Assembly (NCBI GenBank): GCA_015233565.1 | Contig: JADFXM010000043.1 | Coordinates: 44-64,043, forward strand | Source of the DNA: Candidatus Rifleibacteriota bacterium | Lineage (GTDB): Bacteria; Muiribacteriota; Ozemobacteria; Ozemobacterales; Ozemobacteraceae | Direction: 5' to 3' | Length of the DNA: 64,000 bases | Part shown: positions 37,080 to 47,559 of the stretch, one piece after another | How positions within the stretch are numbered: position 1 is the first letter of the stretch | How the letters are laid out: each line of letters begins with the position of its first letter | Program-made: the position numbers and the translations under genes | Notes under the pieces: model-generated | Seen by the model: the letters and a program-made list of their open reading frames with translations, nothing else | The model's database searches: none | Told to the model about the DNA's origin: nothing

Positions 37080-37390
37080 GAAACTTGCTTTCCTTTTTTC
37101 CGGGATTGGCGTTGAATTCTCAAAGACTCAGAATGGATCAGCCGCAGCAATGCACTAACGAAACGCTGGTCGAGCCCTAGGCTCATGGCCCAGTCAGAAC
37201 GGGTCGCAACCACTTCCTCCCATCGCGCCTTTTGAAAAGACCCCAGACTAATGGCTTCTTTCTCAACAATTATCTCATGCACTGCCGAGAAACGATCGGC
37301 CAACGCCCGTAGCAGACGTCGGTCGGCAGCATCCACACGTCTACGAAGCTTGCCAAGTCGAGCCTCTGGTGAAGTAGTCAAAGATCTCAT
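37076..37390 (-). CDS. Chorismate mutase (AroQ-class, monofunctional)
   Basis: 104 aa, all-helical. The segment [19 protein letters not shown] is CM_2-like. Start and stop overlap the neighbouring genes. Confidence 0.7.
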   Translation of the reverse strand: MRSLTTSPEARLGKLRRRVDAADRRLLRALADRFSAVHEIIVEKEAISLGSFQKARWEEVVATRSDWAMSLGLDQRFVSALLRLIHSESLRIQRQSRKKGKQVS

Positions 37391-38256
37391 CGACGGTTTC
37401 CTCCATCGGGAGTTTGAATACGCGTCAGTATTCTACCTATTTCGTTGGCCTGTTCCATCAGACCGCGTGTCCGCCGCCCTTCCACCAGGCTTTCACGAAA
37501 ATCCTGGAGGTGCTCAATGTATGAGTCCAAGGCGGCTGTCACATTACTTAAATTCTGGCGGAAGATAGGCGCCCACATATCCGGCGAACTTTTGGCCAGA
37601 CGGACGGTAGACTCAAAACCGCCGCTAGCGAGGTCAAAAATAGTCGCGGTGTTTTTTTCCTGGTCCAGTACGGTGTTAGCCAGAACAAAGGAACTAATGT
37701 GCGACAGATGACTGACAAAAGCCACATGTAGATCGTGCGCCATCGAGGTCATGTAGACCAGACGCATTCCCAGCACGGAATACATTTTTTCTACACGCTG
37801 CAAATGCTGGAGGTCACTCGCATCCCGGTTGCAAATCACAGCAACGCGCTGGTCAAAAAGTCCCTGCAAAGCAGCACTGGGCCCGGAGTGTTCCGTTCCT
37901 GCCATTGGATGCGCCGGGACGAATTGGCGTCTTCTGAAATGTCCTTCCACGGACTTGCAGATCAGATCCTTGGTCGAACCCACGTCAGTGACCGTAGCGT
38001 TTCCGGAGGCCAGCTCAAGTACACGGGGGAGGGTTTCGAGAATAGCGTCGACCGGCAACCCCAGTATGATCAGATCCGCAGAAGGCACAGCCGCTTCGAG
38101 CGGCAGAACCTCGTCAACGAGCGAAAGCTCAAGCGCTTTATCGGCATGTTCCCGAGAAACGTCCGAACCCAAAATCCGTCGGGCAAACCCGCGTGCACGC
38201 AGGTCCAATCCAATGGAACCACCGATCAATCCCAAACCAATAATTGCTACTTTCAT
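37387..38256 (-). CDS. tyrA: Prephenate dehydrogenase
   Basis: 289 aa. Rossmann N-terminus MKVAIIGLGLIGGSIGLDL and a TyrA-type catalytic domain. Confidence 0.85.
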   Translation of the reverse strand: MKVAIIGLGLIGGSIGLDLRARGFARRILGSDVSREHADKALELSLVDEVLPLEAAVPSADLIILGLPVDAILETLPRVLELASGNATVTDVGSTKDLICKSVEGHFRRRQFVPAHPMAGTEHSGPSAALQGLFDQRVAVICNRDASDLQHLQRVEKMYSVLGMRLVYMTSMAHDLHVAFVSHLSHISSFVLANTVLDQEKNTATIFDLASGGFESTVRLAKSSPDMWAPIFRQNLSNVTAALDSYIEHLQDFRESLVEGRRTRGLMEQANEIGRILTRIQTPDGGNRR

Positions 38257-38265
38257 ATCAACCTT

Positions 38266-39441
38266 TCAGGCCAACCTTCTCAGGGCTTCGGATAGTCGCT
38301 CGCGAGAAGCACATAACGACGCACGCGCATACCGGATGCCATTCGATCCAAAGACCATGCCAGGCGTGAAAAATATGTGCCGGGACTCCAGCAGCTCGTC
38401 AAAAAAAACTTCGACATCGGGAATCGCTTCTGGCGCACGGGCCCAAACGAAAAGACCCACCTGCTTCCGATCATAGCTGAACCCCAACCGGTCGAAAATC
38501 CGCCAGACCAACTCGCGGCGTTCCTGATAGATCTCATTTCGTGCGCGATGCCAATCATTGTCTGTCGCCAATGCGGCAACCGCACCATGCTGCACGGGGA
38601 GAAACATTCCGGAATCGACGTTGCTTTTCACCCGCAGAGTAGCATCGATCACTTCTTTCTCCGCCAAAAGAAGCCCGACCCGCCAACCGGCCATGTTGAA
38701 GGACTTACTAAGCGAGTTGAGTTCCGCACAAAACGGCGATCCGCCCGCGCATCGTAACAGACTAAGCGGCGAACTTTGGTTCAAAACCAAACCGTATGGA
38801 TTGTCGTTGCAGAGCAAAATACGACGCTTCCAACAGAATTCCGCCAGAGCATGAAAAGCACCTTCCACACCGCTCGCTCCCGTGGGCATATGCGGATAGT
38901 TGATCCACATCAATTTGCACCCTCCGAGATCCTGGCGTTCAAGCTCCTTGATATCCGGCAACCAGGCATTCGCTTCGCTCAAATTGTACCGATGAACCCT
39001 CGCACCCAATAACCGCGCTGCTGAAGAGTAGGCAGGGTAGCCGGGATCGGGTATAAGTACACCATCTCCTGGATTCAGCAACCCCATCGAAAGATAGAAA
39101 ATTCCTTCTTTCGATCCCAGCAGGGGAAGAAGCTGGCTTTCAGGATCGACGGAAACAGAATATGTGCGCTCATACCAATTCGCCATAGCGACACGAAGCT
39201 CCGGAGTCGATCTGTATGATGCATAACCGTGATTATTTCCGCACGCCAGTGACGATGAAGCAGCTTCGACAGCCCGAGGCGGCGGAGGTAAATCAGGACT
39301 TCCGATTCCGATATTTATGACGTCATGACCTTTGGCACGCAGTTGACGGATCAACTCAAGCTTGCGCGAAAAGTAATACTCGGTAACCTCGCTCAACCGA
39401 TCGGCAAATTGGATGCTTACAACCATGGACGATCTCCACAC
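38266..39441 (-). CDS. Class I/II pyridoxal-phosphate aminotransferase (probable aromatic/prephenate aminotransferase)
   Basis: 391 aa. Motifs NYPHMPTG and SKSFNMAGWRVG (the PLP lysine region). Embedded in the Phe/Tyr operon. Confidence 0.8.
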   Translation of the reverse strand: MWRSSMVVSIQFADRLSEVTEYYFSRKLELIRQLRAKGHDVINIGIGSPDLPPPPRAVEAASSSLACGNNHGYASYRSTPELRVAMANWYERTYSVSVDPESQLLPLLGSKEGIFYLSMGLLNPGDGVLIPDPGYPAYSSAARLLGARVHRYNLSEANAWLPDIKELERQDLGGCKLMWINYPHMPTGASGVEGAFHALAEFCWKRRILLCNDNPYGLVLNQSSPLSLLRCAGGSPFCAELNSLSKSFNMAGWRVGLLLAEKEVIDATLRVKSNVDSGMFLPVQHGAVAALATDNDWHRARNEIYQERRELVWRIFDRLGFSYDRKQVGLFVWARAPEAIPDVEVFFDELLESRHIFFTPGMVFGSNGIRYARASLCASRERLSEALRRLA

Positions 39442-40256
39442 CGATATTCTCCGAACTGGACTAAATTCAAAGCCATATCAGGCAACTCAGCCAAAGCCGC
39501 CAAGTATTGCGCACGGTCATTCCATTCAATATCCACATGAAAAGAATACTTATAAGGCTTGCCGAGGACTGGCACCGATTGAATTTTGGTCAGATTGATA
39601 GCGTGACGGCTGAAAATCCCTAGAATCGCGGACAAACTGCCAGGTTCATCAGGGGACTCGAAACACAGGGTAGCCTTGTTCGCGCCCTCGGGAACCAAAT
39701 AATCCTCCCGTCGACAGATAGCCAGAAATCTGGTGTAATTCTGGCGATTTGACTCTATTCCCTCACGCAGAAGTTCAAGGCCATAGGTTTGCGCGGCCAA
39801 CCGACTAGCGATGGCGGCATACCCCCGTAGGCCCTTGTCTCCGATATGTTTCGCGCTTTCTGCGGTGTCCGCGGCTTCCAGGATTTTCATTCCCGGAAAA
39901 CCGGAAAGAAATTCATCGCACTGGGCGAGGGCCATGGGGTGTGATTGTACAAACTTAATCTCGGAAAGCTGTTGTCCGGGTAATGCTAACAGACACATTT
40001 CAATCCGCAAGTAGATCTCCCCGAGAATGCAGAAATCATGATTTTTCAATAAGGAGTAATTAGGAAGAATGCTGCTGGCGATCGAATTTTCGATGGCCAT
40101 CATACAAACATCCACTTCCTTGCGATCCAGAGTAAGACAAAGCGACTTGAAAGACGCGCACTCAACCGGCTCAATTGACTCGGAAAAATAAGCACGTGCC
40201 GCTACATCATGAAAACAGGCTCGAACGCCCTGAATACCAACCTTACAAGACTTCAT
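39417..40256 (-). CDS. pheA: Prephenate dehydratase (PDT + ACT domain)
   Basis: 279 aa. A PDT domain followed by a C-terminal ACT-like region. Its start overlaps the aminotransferase gene. Confidence 0.85.
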   Translation of the reverse strand: MKSCKVGIQGVRACFHDVAARAYFSESIEPVECASFKSLCLTLDRKEVDVCMMAIENSIASSILPNYSLLKNHDFCILGEIYLRIEMCLLALPGQQLSEIKFVQSHPMALAQCDEFLSGFPGMKILEAADTAESAKHIGDKGLRGYAAIASRLAAQTYGLELLREGIESNRQNYTRFLAICRREDYLVPEGANKATLCFESPDEPGSLSAILGIFSRHAINLTKIQSVPVLGKPYKYSFHVDIEWNDRAQYLAALAELPDMALNLVQFGEYRCGDRPWL

Positions 40257-41359
40257 AAACGCGCACCCCGATTTCTGAGAAAATGATCAGCGATAGTGAT
40301 GGCAGCCATCGCTTCAACGATCGGCACTGCCCGCGGCACCACGCACGAATCATGGCGTCCACGCCCAGGCAGCACCGTAGTTTGCCCTTGCCTATCCAAC
40401 GTTGTCTGTGATTTGAGCAAGGTCGCGACAGGTTTGAAGGCGACCCGAAAATCAATATCCATACCATTGCTAATGCCACCTTGAATACCCCCCGAATGGT
40501 TAGTGCTCGTTTCGGTTCGCTCCCCAACGCGCACAAAAAGATCATTATGCTCGGAACCGCGCAACGACACGCCACTAAAACCCGAGCCATATTCAAACCC
40601 TTTGACGGCATTGATACTCAGCATCGCTTTTCCGAGATCCGCATGCAATTTATCGAAAACCGGATCCCCCAAGCCTACCGGACAACCCCGAATGATGCCG
40701 TTGACAACTCCACCGGTGGTATCACCGTCCTTTTTCAGTGCTTCGATGAATTCTATTATTTTTGCAGCCGTCCCGGGGTCAGGGCATCGCGTAATGTTAG
40801 TCTCTGAGAACGCATCCATAAATTGTTTGTCGGCGAATAACTTATCGGCCAACATCGCATCGTGGGGCATAGATATCCGGCCGACCTGTGAAACATAGGC
40901 TCTAATCGCGACATTGAATTCCCCTAGCAAGAGCTTTGCCACTGCACCTGCGGCAACTCTCGCGGCAGTCTCACGAGCAGAGGAACGCCCACCCCCGAAA
41001 TGATCCCGCACCCCATATTTCTTTTCATAAGTGAAATCCGCGTGCGAAGGCCTATACGCATCGCCATTATGCGAGTAATCATCTGGCCGCTGGTCTTCAT
41101 TAATGATCAGAGCGGTCAGAGGCGTCCCAGTCGTCCGACCTTCAAAAAGTCCGGAAACAAACCGAACCCTATCAAGTTCGTTGCGCGAAGTGGTCAACTT
41201 TGATTGTCCCGGCCGACGGCGATCAAGCTCCGATTGCACGAACCCCAGATCGACCGCCAATCCAGCCGGACAACCGTCGATAACAACTCCAATCAGTTCA
41301 CCATGTGACTCTCCGAAAGTGGTTACTCGAAATAGCTGTCCGAAAGTATTTCCTGCCAT
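40253..41359 (-). CDS. aroC: Chorismate synthase
   Basis: 368 aa. N-terminus [18 protein letters not shown] and other conserved AroC blocks. Confidence 0.95.
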   Translation of the reverse strand: MAGNTFGQLFRVTTFGESHGELIGVVIDGCPAGLAVDLGFVQSELDRRRPGQSKLTTSRNELDRVRFVSGLFEGRTTGTPLTALIINEDQRPDDYSHNGDAYRPSHADFTYEKKYGVRDHFGGGRSSARETAARVAAGAVAKLLLGEFNVAIRAYVSQVGRISMPHDAMLADKLFADKQFMDAFSETNITRCPDPGTAAKIIEFIEALKKDGDTTGGVVNGIIRGCPVGLGDPVFDKLHADLGKAMLSINAVKGFEYGSGFSGVSLRGSEHNDLFVRVGERTETSTNHSGGIQGGISNGMDIDFRVAFKPVATLLKSQTTLDRQGQTTVLPGRGRHDSCVVPRAVPIVEAMAAITIADHFLRNRGARL

Positions 41360-41362
41360 TTT

Positions 41363-41812
41363 CTAGTCCTTCTTTTCGAGCAATAACTCAAGAGCGTTCG
41401 CATAGGAAAGCCAGCCCAAACCAGAAATCTGTGCAAGACAAACCGGTGCGATAACTGACACCTGACGGAAACTCTCGCGTTTTTTTATATCACTGAGGTG
41501 AACCTCGATCGTCGGCACCGCAATTGCCGCAACGGCGTCTCTCAGCGCGTAGGAATAATGTGTATACGCACCGGGATTGAATACCACGCCATCGGCCCAC
41601 CGCCGGTTTTTGTGCAAAAGGTCAATCAGCGTGCCCTCGCTGTTAGATTGGTGAATTCTAAGGATGCAACCATGAGATCTGGCATTGGCACGCAGTTTTC
41701 TGTTTATTTCAGCGAGCGTCAAAGTACCATAGACATCGGGTTCACGTTCGCCCAAAAGATTCAAATTTGGACCGTGCAAAATCAAGATACGCCGATCACT
41801 TTCGTTCCTCAT
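41363..41812 (-). CDS. aroQ: 3-dehydroquinate dehydratase, type II
   Basis: 149 aa, with ILILHGPNLNLLGEREP...HQSNSEG. Confidence 0.9.
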   Translation of the reverse strand: MRNESDRRILILHGPNLNLLGEREPDVYGTLTLAEINRKLRANARSHGCILRIHQSNSEGTLIDLLHKNRRWADGVVFNPGAYTHYSYALRDAVAAIAVPTIEVHLSDIKKRESFRQVSVIAPVCLAQISGLGWLSYANALELLLEKKD

Positions 41813-42945
41813 TTTAATCCTCCAATGAGCTTCAGGGCAGATCGAAGATGCCGCCTGTTGATATTACCATCCGTTTTCACGCGCCCTGCCCTTCCGTCCA
41901 AGAGCACAAAATGAAGCTTCCCACCGCGGTTCTTTTTGTCCTTGGACATTATAACATGAAGTTCTTCTAGCGTAATCCCTGCCGGCAGAGCGGGTATTTC
42001 CAACCGCGCGAGGGTCGAATCCAAGTCCATTCTTTTTTTGGAACTCAGCAATCCCCGGACTTCAGAAAGGGCCAAAGCAAAACGCATGCCCCAAATTATC
42101 GCTTCACCGTGCTGGAACATCTTATATTGCGTGATGCTCTCCAGGGCATGGCCGAAGGTGTGGCCAAAATTAAGCACCTCACGAATCCCCAAGCGATCAA
42201 GTTCGTCTTGCGCTACTACACTGCATTTCCATTCAAGCGACCGCTGTATGGCTGGACCGAGCAGCAAAGCATCGCGAGCCAAAAGCCGCTCGAGATTTTT
42301 ATCAAGACTTCGATAAAACGCAGGATCGAATACCAATCCGTATTTCAGTATTTCACCTAAACCGGAGACAATTTCCCGACGCGACAGGGTCGAAAGGAAA
42401 TTCAAATCACAAATCACCCCATCCGGTTGATGAAAGGCGCCAATCAAATTTTTGCCCGAAACATGATTTATTCCAGTTTTGCCACCCACGGCGCTGTCGA
42501 CCTGCGCGAGGAGCGTCGTCGGAACACCGATCCAGGAAATACCGCGCAGATAAGTCGCCGCAACAAAACCGGCCGCGTCTCCGACGGTCCCTCCACCCAG
42601 AGCAAAAAGAACCGAGTGGCGGTCCGCCCCGTGTTTAAGCAGTTCACCATACAAACTATTGATCGAGGAAATTTCCTTGAGGGACTCTCCTGCCTGAACG
42701 GGAATCTCATGCACCTTCCAACCCGCACCCCGCAGCGCTTTTCGCAACGATGACATTGCGTCAATCAGGATCTCGTCATAGACCACAAAAGCCCGAGCCA
42801 GATTGCCAGATCGTCCGTCAACCTTTTTGAACAACTCTATCGCTCCAGCGCCAATAAGGATGTCATAAGATCGGCTCACCGCGGACGCTTTTCCGAAAAA
42901 CTGTTTGACCCGACAGAACGGTGAATGAACAGATTTGAAAATCAT
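41809..42945 (-). CDS. aroB: 3-dehydroquinate synthase
   Basis: 378 aa. NAD-binding GGGTVGD and metal-binding His residues of the DHQS family. Confidence 0.9.
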   Translation of the reverse strand: MIFKSVHSPFCRVKQFFGKASAVSRSYDILIGAGAIELFKKVDGRSGNLARAFVVYDEILIDAMSSLRKALRGAGWKVHEIPVQAGESLKEISSINSLYGELLKHGADRHSVLFALGGGTVGDAAGFVAATYLRGISWIGVPTTLLAQVDSAVGGKTGINHVSGKNLIGAFHQPDGVICDLNFLSTLSRREIVSGLGEILKYGLVFDPAFYRSLDKNLERLLARDALLLGPAIQRSLEWKCSVVAQDELDRLGIREVLNFGHTFGHALESITQYKMFQHGEAIIWGMRFALALSEVRGLLSSKKRMDLDSTLARLEIPALPAGITLEELHVIMSKDKKNRGGKLHFVLLDGRAGRVKTDGNINRRHLRSALKLIGGLK

Positions 42946-44381
42946 GAAAATTCCCCCTCTTCGGTCAAACGAATTATCACAGCCGCTACCGCGTTAGGCT
43001 CAAGATTGTCGGTTTGGACACGATGGGATGCGCGCAGGTAAATCGCCTGCCGTGCTTTTACCAGATTTTCAAGCCTGGAGTCCACCGAAATCTGACCGTC
43101 GGATTTTGCTGGCGACAAAAGCGGCCGAACCTTCAGCTCATTTTCGCTGACCTGGAGCCGTCGGACCAGGGCCGATGTCTTGGCCTCCAGATACACAAGG
43201 ATTCCAGACCTCTCGACAGCTGCCAAGGTTCCGTCAGTCATGAGCGCCCCTCCACCGAGAGCTACAACTGTCCTAGTCCGCGCGGCCGAGTTTAAGACAG
43301 CTTTCTTTTCAAGAACGCGAAAAGCCTGTTCGCCTTGCTGTTCAAAAATCTCGCTAACCGATAACCCACTCTCTGCTTCTACAAGGCAATCCGTGTCGAC
43401 AAAATCCCAGCCAAGACGTTGGGCTAGAATAGAGCCAACGGTGCTCTTGCCGGCTCCCATGGGACCACAAAGAAAAATCGGGGGGGCGAGGGCTCGACGT
43501 AACTCCGGCATGATTGATGGAAGAATTTCTCCTAATGACTCTGAAGTCGAGTTCGTCCAGATTTTCCAACTCTCAATCGCTTGGTGCACCAGCATGTCAA
43601 GACCTGCCACGCAACGAAAGCCAAGATGGCTCGCCAGCGAAAGAAACGGCGTCCGCTCGGGATTGTAAATCAAGTCAAAAGCAAGCGCGTCGGGTTCCGG
43701 TGAAATCCGTGCCAATCCGGAAAAAAACTCTGAGGTTGCGTTAATGTCCCCCTCCATGGCATATCCTCGCATGCCAACAGGTGTGGTGTTAACAACCAAG
43801 CCCACTCGAGTCAAAACGGCGGGCACAACCCCATAAAAGCGCGTCTTGGGAAAAAGAGGGGTAAACGCCGATATCAAAGCCTTGGATCGAGCCTGATCAC
43901 GGTTCAATACAGCCACGGATGCAACGTGACGCCAGCCAAGAGCGTGAAGCACCGCCTTGGCTGCTCCCCCAGCTCCCCAGACAACGACGTTACAATCGTG
44001 AAGCTTTATCTTACGATCATCGAGAACCCTAAGGAAACCGATGTAATCAGTATTATGCCCGATAAGCTTACCGTCCTTCAAATGTACCAAGTTGACGGCG
44101 CCAATCGCTCGGGCCTGAACAATGACTTCGTCCAACTCGGCCAGTATAGCTTCTTTATGGGGCACGGTCACGTTGATGCCGACAAACTCTGGGCAGCATC
44201 GCAGCTCATCGAGATAAGTGCGAAGATCACGGGGCAAAACCTCGACAGCGGAATAAGTGAAATCGCGCATGCCTAGACGTTCGGCCAGAATCAAATGGAG
44301 CACCGGCGAAAGGGAATGAGAAATCGGATTCCCTATTACCGCCCCTTTTAAACCCCCTTTTGTTCCACTCATGGCCGGCAA
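42942..44381 (-). CDS. aroE-aroK: Bifunctional shikimate dehydrogenase / shikimate kinase (AroE-AroK fusion)
   Basis: The N-terminal 270 aa are AroE-like (GVIGNPISHSLSP, NVTVPHK, the VVVWGAGGAAKA Rossmann). The C-terminal roughly 190 aa are AroK-like with Walker A IFLCGPMGAGKSTVG and DTD. It is a single ORF. Confidence 0.85.
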   Translation of the reverse strand: MPAMSGTKGGLKGAVIGNPISHSLSPVLHLILAERLGMRDFTYSAVEVLPRDLRTYLDELRCCPEFVGINVTVPHKEAILAELDEVIVQARAIGAVNLVHLKDGKLIGHNTDYIGFLRVLDDRKIKLHDCNVVVWGAGGAAKAVLHALGWRHVASVAVLNRDQARSKALISAFTPLFPKTRFYGVVPAVLTRVGLVVNTTPVGMRGYAMEGDINATSEFFSGLARISPEPDALAFDLIYNPERTPFLSLASHLGFRCVAGLDMLVHQAIESWKIWTNSTSESLGEILPSIMPELRRALAPPIFLCGPMGAGKSTVGSILAQRLGWDFVDTDCLVEAESGLSVSEIFEQQGEQAFRVLEKKAVLNSAARTRTVVALGGGALMTDGTLAAVERSGILVYLEAKTSALVRRLQVSENELKVRPLLSPAKSDGQISVDSRLENLVKARQAIYLRASHRVQTDNLEPNAVAAVIIRLTEEGEFS

Positions 44382-45667
44382 AGCCTTTCAAGTGTAGCGA
44401 AAAATTCCGGATAGGAAATTCCGACGCATTCTGCGTCATGAATCGTGGTATCCCCTTCTGCCACCAGTCCGGCGATGCTGAAGGCCATCGCGATCCGGTG
44501 ATCATGAAAACTACGAATATCCGTGCCGCGAAGGGACTGCCTACCCGCGAGCGTGAAGCCATCTTTCCGAGTCTCGATGCTGGCACCCATGGCACGAAGA
44601 TTGACAGCAACCGCTTCAATACGGTCACTTTCCTTCACACGCAGCTCTTCGGCACCTTCGACGACGGTCTCGCCGACCGCCTGACTTGCAAGCACCGCAA
44701 GCATAGGCAACTCGTCGATCAGCGCCGGTATCTCGGACACAGTTACGCGAATTCCTTTCAGATTACTAAAACGGGCCTCGATACAACCGACTGGCTCAGG
44801 AACTTCCGATTCAAGCTCGACAACAATATTAGCACCCATTCGCTGCAGGGCACGAATGAATCCGATGCGAGTGAAATTTAATGAGATGTTTTCAAGCCGC
44901 AAATGAGCACCTGGCACTAAACACGCGGCAGCCAGCCAAAACGCTGTGGCAGAGGGATCGCCAGGAACCAGGACTCGATTAGCGACAAGAGTTTGACCAC
45001 CCGTAATGCTTAATTCGCTCGAACTTTCCTGTAGTTTTGCTCCGAAGTGTCGAAGCATTCTTTCCGTGTGATCGCGGCTGTCGATCTGGCCTGTGATACG
45101 AGTCACACCCTCGGCCAATAACCCGGCCAAAAGTACTGCGGTCTTAAGCTGCGCGCTGGCTACAGGAAGCGAATAGTTTATTCCATGCAACTTGGAGCCT
45201 TGAATCGTGAGTGGTGCATAATCATCGGCGGTCAATTCTATCCGCGCACCCATCAAAAGCAAGGGCGCGGCCACCCGACGCATTGGGCGCCTAACCAACG
45301 ATGCGTCACCAGACAAAGTGGCGGTGATATCGCCACCGGCAAGCACGCCCATGAGCGTGCGAATTGTCGTACCTGAGTTCCCACAATCCAGCACACGCAC
45401 GGGCGATGTGAACCCTTTCACACCCAAGCCTTCTACGGTTGTCAAGGTCGTTCCGTCAGATGCGCCGGAGCGAATTATGGAAACACCGAGATCGCCAAGA
45501 CAACGAGCGGTAGATTGGACGTCTCCGCCAGTTAAGATATTAGTGATTTCGGTCCTGCCCTCGGAAAGAGCACCCAGGATGAGCGCCCGATGCGATATGG
45601 ATTTGTCGCCCGGGATATTTGGTTTACCTCTAAAACAAGCAGCCCTGTGCACAATTTGATTGGCCAT
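44369..45667 (-). CDS. aroA: 3-phosphoshikimate 1-carboxyvinyltransferase (EPSP synthase)
   Basis: 432 aa. Motifs GDKSISHR and LDCGNSGTT. First gene of the operon. Confidence 0.9.
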   Translation of the reverse strand: MANQIVHRAACFRGKPNIPGDKSISHRALILGALSEGRTEITNILTGGDVQSTARCLGDLGVSIIRSGASDGTTLTTVEGLGVKGFTSPVRVLDCGNSGTTIRTLMGVLAGGDITATLSGDASLVRRPMRRVAAPLLLMGARIELTADDYAPLTIQGSKLHGINYSLPVASAQLKTAVLLAGLLAEGVTRITGQIDSRDHTERMLRHFGAKLQESSSELSITGGQTLVANRVLVPGDPSATAFWLAAACLVPGAHLRLENISLNFTRIGFIRALQRMGANIVVELESEVPEPVGCIEARFSNLKGIRVTVSEIPALIDELPMLAVLASQAVGETVVEGAEELRVKESDRIEAVAVNLRAMGASIETRKDGFTLAGRQSLRGTDIRSFHDHRIAMAFSIAGLVAEGDTTIHDAECVGISYPEFFATLERLCRP

Positions 45668-45887
45668 ATTATCATATTTAAGCCTGTTTCATAAAATCCA
45701 AAAATGGCTTTTCCTCTTGTAAATTTTTTTCAGAAACGAAGTTCTGATCCAGGTTGAATTGTACCCGCTTATCAAAAACCGATTATGTAACTGTCTCTCA
45801 GACTGTTTTATTCTTCTTTGGATTACTCAAGATGCTTTTTGAAGTTTTGTATTTTCTTCCGAACTTCAACATCATGGCATGCATGAT

Positions 45888-46196
45888 TTACCGTATCGAC
45901 TTCCTCTGGACTTTTGACCTTTGAAGCGCCTGCAAGAAAAGTTTTATTACTGTTTTCGAATCAATCCGCCTTCTTACAAGTGCCAGAGCATCGATTGTGT
46001 CGTCGGCAAATTTGCCAACTCCAAGCCATATCTGGCCTTGTTTTGAAAGAGTTTGTGCCAATCTGGCACGACTCTGACAATTCAATACACTGATGTTACC
46101 GTTGTGAATCCTTTCGTGAGAATGGGTTTTTAATAAATCTTTCCTCAGCCTTTCTCGCATGGCATATAATTTGTTACTTTGCTGATGTTCCTCCAA
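45888..46196 (-). CDS. Hypothetical 102-aa ORF (possibly a gene remnant) upstream of the aro operon
   Basis: ORF only. No motif recognised. It lies in the AT-rich spacer between aroA and the right inverted repeat. Confidence 0.25.
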   Translation of the reverse strand: MEEHQQSNKLYAMRERLRKDLLKTHSHERIHNGNISVLNCQSRARLAQTLSKQGQIWLGVGKFADDTIDALALVRRRIDSKTVIKLFLQALQRSKVQRKSIR

Positions 46197-46487
46197 AAAA
46201 GAATGTATGAATCCTCTCTGGAGGATTTACATTAGATCCAGCGACCGTGCCTGTTTTTGGGGCAATTCTCCCATCGAGGCTAACAGCAGCTTTTAGAGTG
46301 AGCCGAGGTCGTCCATCTTTGTGGAAAGCAGAGTTCCTAGCGGGTCTTTCCATCAGATTAATGCATCAACGCTCACAATCAGCAATAAATCATCGGCTCC
46401 AAATAAATTTTGGTGGATATTATACTTTACTGATGAATGAAATTCTATACTTTTTTAAATTTTTGTCCAGGAGATTTATGATTCCTA

Positions 46488-46730
46488 AACCGAAGTTCCA
46501 AGTCTAAAATGGCATAAAGCACAGGTAGGATGATTGTTTGAACCTATTTTTCCCAAAAAAACCTGTCCATGTAATGCCTTGAAGATCATGATCCAAAGAG
46601 AACATCCAAAGGTTCACATGGACAGGGTCCTTTTTTGATTAACGCGAATTTCTCCTTCTTGCACTGCTCCAATCACAACTCTATCAATGTACCGCGTTCG
46701 GAACTTCGGCTTAAATGCCGCGTTCCTTTT
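46488..46730. repeat. ~240-bp repeat (family D), right copy (inverted relative to 33075-33315)
   Basis: Reverse-complement match to the left copy, including the internal hairpin cctgtccatgt...acatggacagg flanked by A/T runs. Confidence 0.8.
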
Positions 46731-46821
46731 GTAGCTACCCAGAAGATATTGATTTAATAATTATCTGACTATGGAATCAATCTCATAGGTTGTGAAAGCT
46801 GTAATTTGGAAAAGACATTTG

Positions 46822-47559
46822 TTAGGAAACAGGGTTATTTTTTATTCTTTCACGGGCGGTTTCGATCATTGTGTCTAAAGGTGTTAATACTCTGATTCCA
46901 AATTTGTTTTTTACCTCATTATCAAGGACCTGCGCAAATTCAGACAACTCGGGTGATCCACACGCTATCAAGAGCGATTTAGCTCCTTTTTCTGCGCATT
47001 TTTCAACGATAGGCAAAGTATTTTCTGCAAGAAATTGATAATCGGGTTTTGTTTTTTTATTCAGCCATTCGTAAACATCTAAATCCAGGTGTTCTGAGGA
47101 AACCAGATTTCCCTGAAATCCGTACATTTCGACTTGCATTTTGTTGAAATCCATTAATTCGGGAAGATGGGTGTGTAAAATTGAAAATTTTCCGTACAAC
47201 TCGCTTGCCTTTTTATAATTTGCCCAGGCGAGCCCAACTACGGGGAATTTCAGCTCTTTTACGGCTCTCCCAATCGCCGGGTCTCCCCAGCTAGCGACGA
47301 CAGCGGCGCCATACCCTGATTTTTCGGCATCCAGCATTGCATTAAAAAATGGAGATTCATAAAGAGGGCCAAATTTTGCCATGTAGCTTAAATTTATTTC
47401 TTTTACACTCTTAGGAAAAGGGGCTAAATTTGAGTGTTCGAAAACACTTTTAATTTCAACATCGTGGAACCGTTTTAAATAATTTCTTGTATCTTCAAAA
47501 ACATATTCGGTCGGATTACTGTGAGCCAGGAAAAGGATTTTGTTAAAATTCATTTTCAT
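46822..47559 (-). CDS. Hypothetical protein (tentatively Asp/Glu/hydantoin-racemase-like)
   Basis: Start taken at ATGAAAATG with RBS GAGAGGA. Weak resemblance to the racemase superfamily (LLIACGSPEL Cys motif). This assignment is uncertain. Confidence 0.4.
   Translation of the reverse strand: MKMNFNKILFLAHSNPTEYVFEDTRNYLKRFHDVEIKSVFEHSNLAPFPKSVKEINLSYMAKFGPLYESPFFNAMLDAEKSGYGAAVVASWGDPAIGRAVKELKFPVVGLAWANYKKASELYGKFSILHTHLPELMDFNKMQVEMYGFQGNLVSSEHLDLDVYEWLNKKTKPDYQFLAENTLPIVEKCAEKGAKSLLIACGSPELSEFAQVLDNEVKNKFGIRVLTPLDTMIETARERIKNNPVS

Noticed and set aside
36094-38854. Multiple plus-strand ORFs (36094, 36372, 37251, 37445, 37735, 37829, 38377, 38558 and others) overlapping the aro operon
   Set aside because: They are antisense to strongly supported minus-strand genes and lie in 60% GC DNA, where stop codons are rare. 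They are spurious.
46240-46330. tmRNA/SRP-like GGGG-initiated structured RNA
   Set aside because: No tRNA-like 3' end (GGUUCGAnUCC...CCA) and no SRP domain IV motif.
46247-46507. 86-aa ORF ending IPKPKFQV, and similar ORFs 33290..33502 and 63737..63922
   Set aside because: The shared C-termini arise from repeat families C and D. There is no RBS or coding signature.
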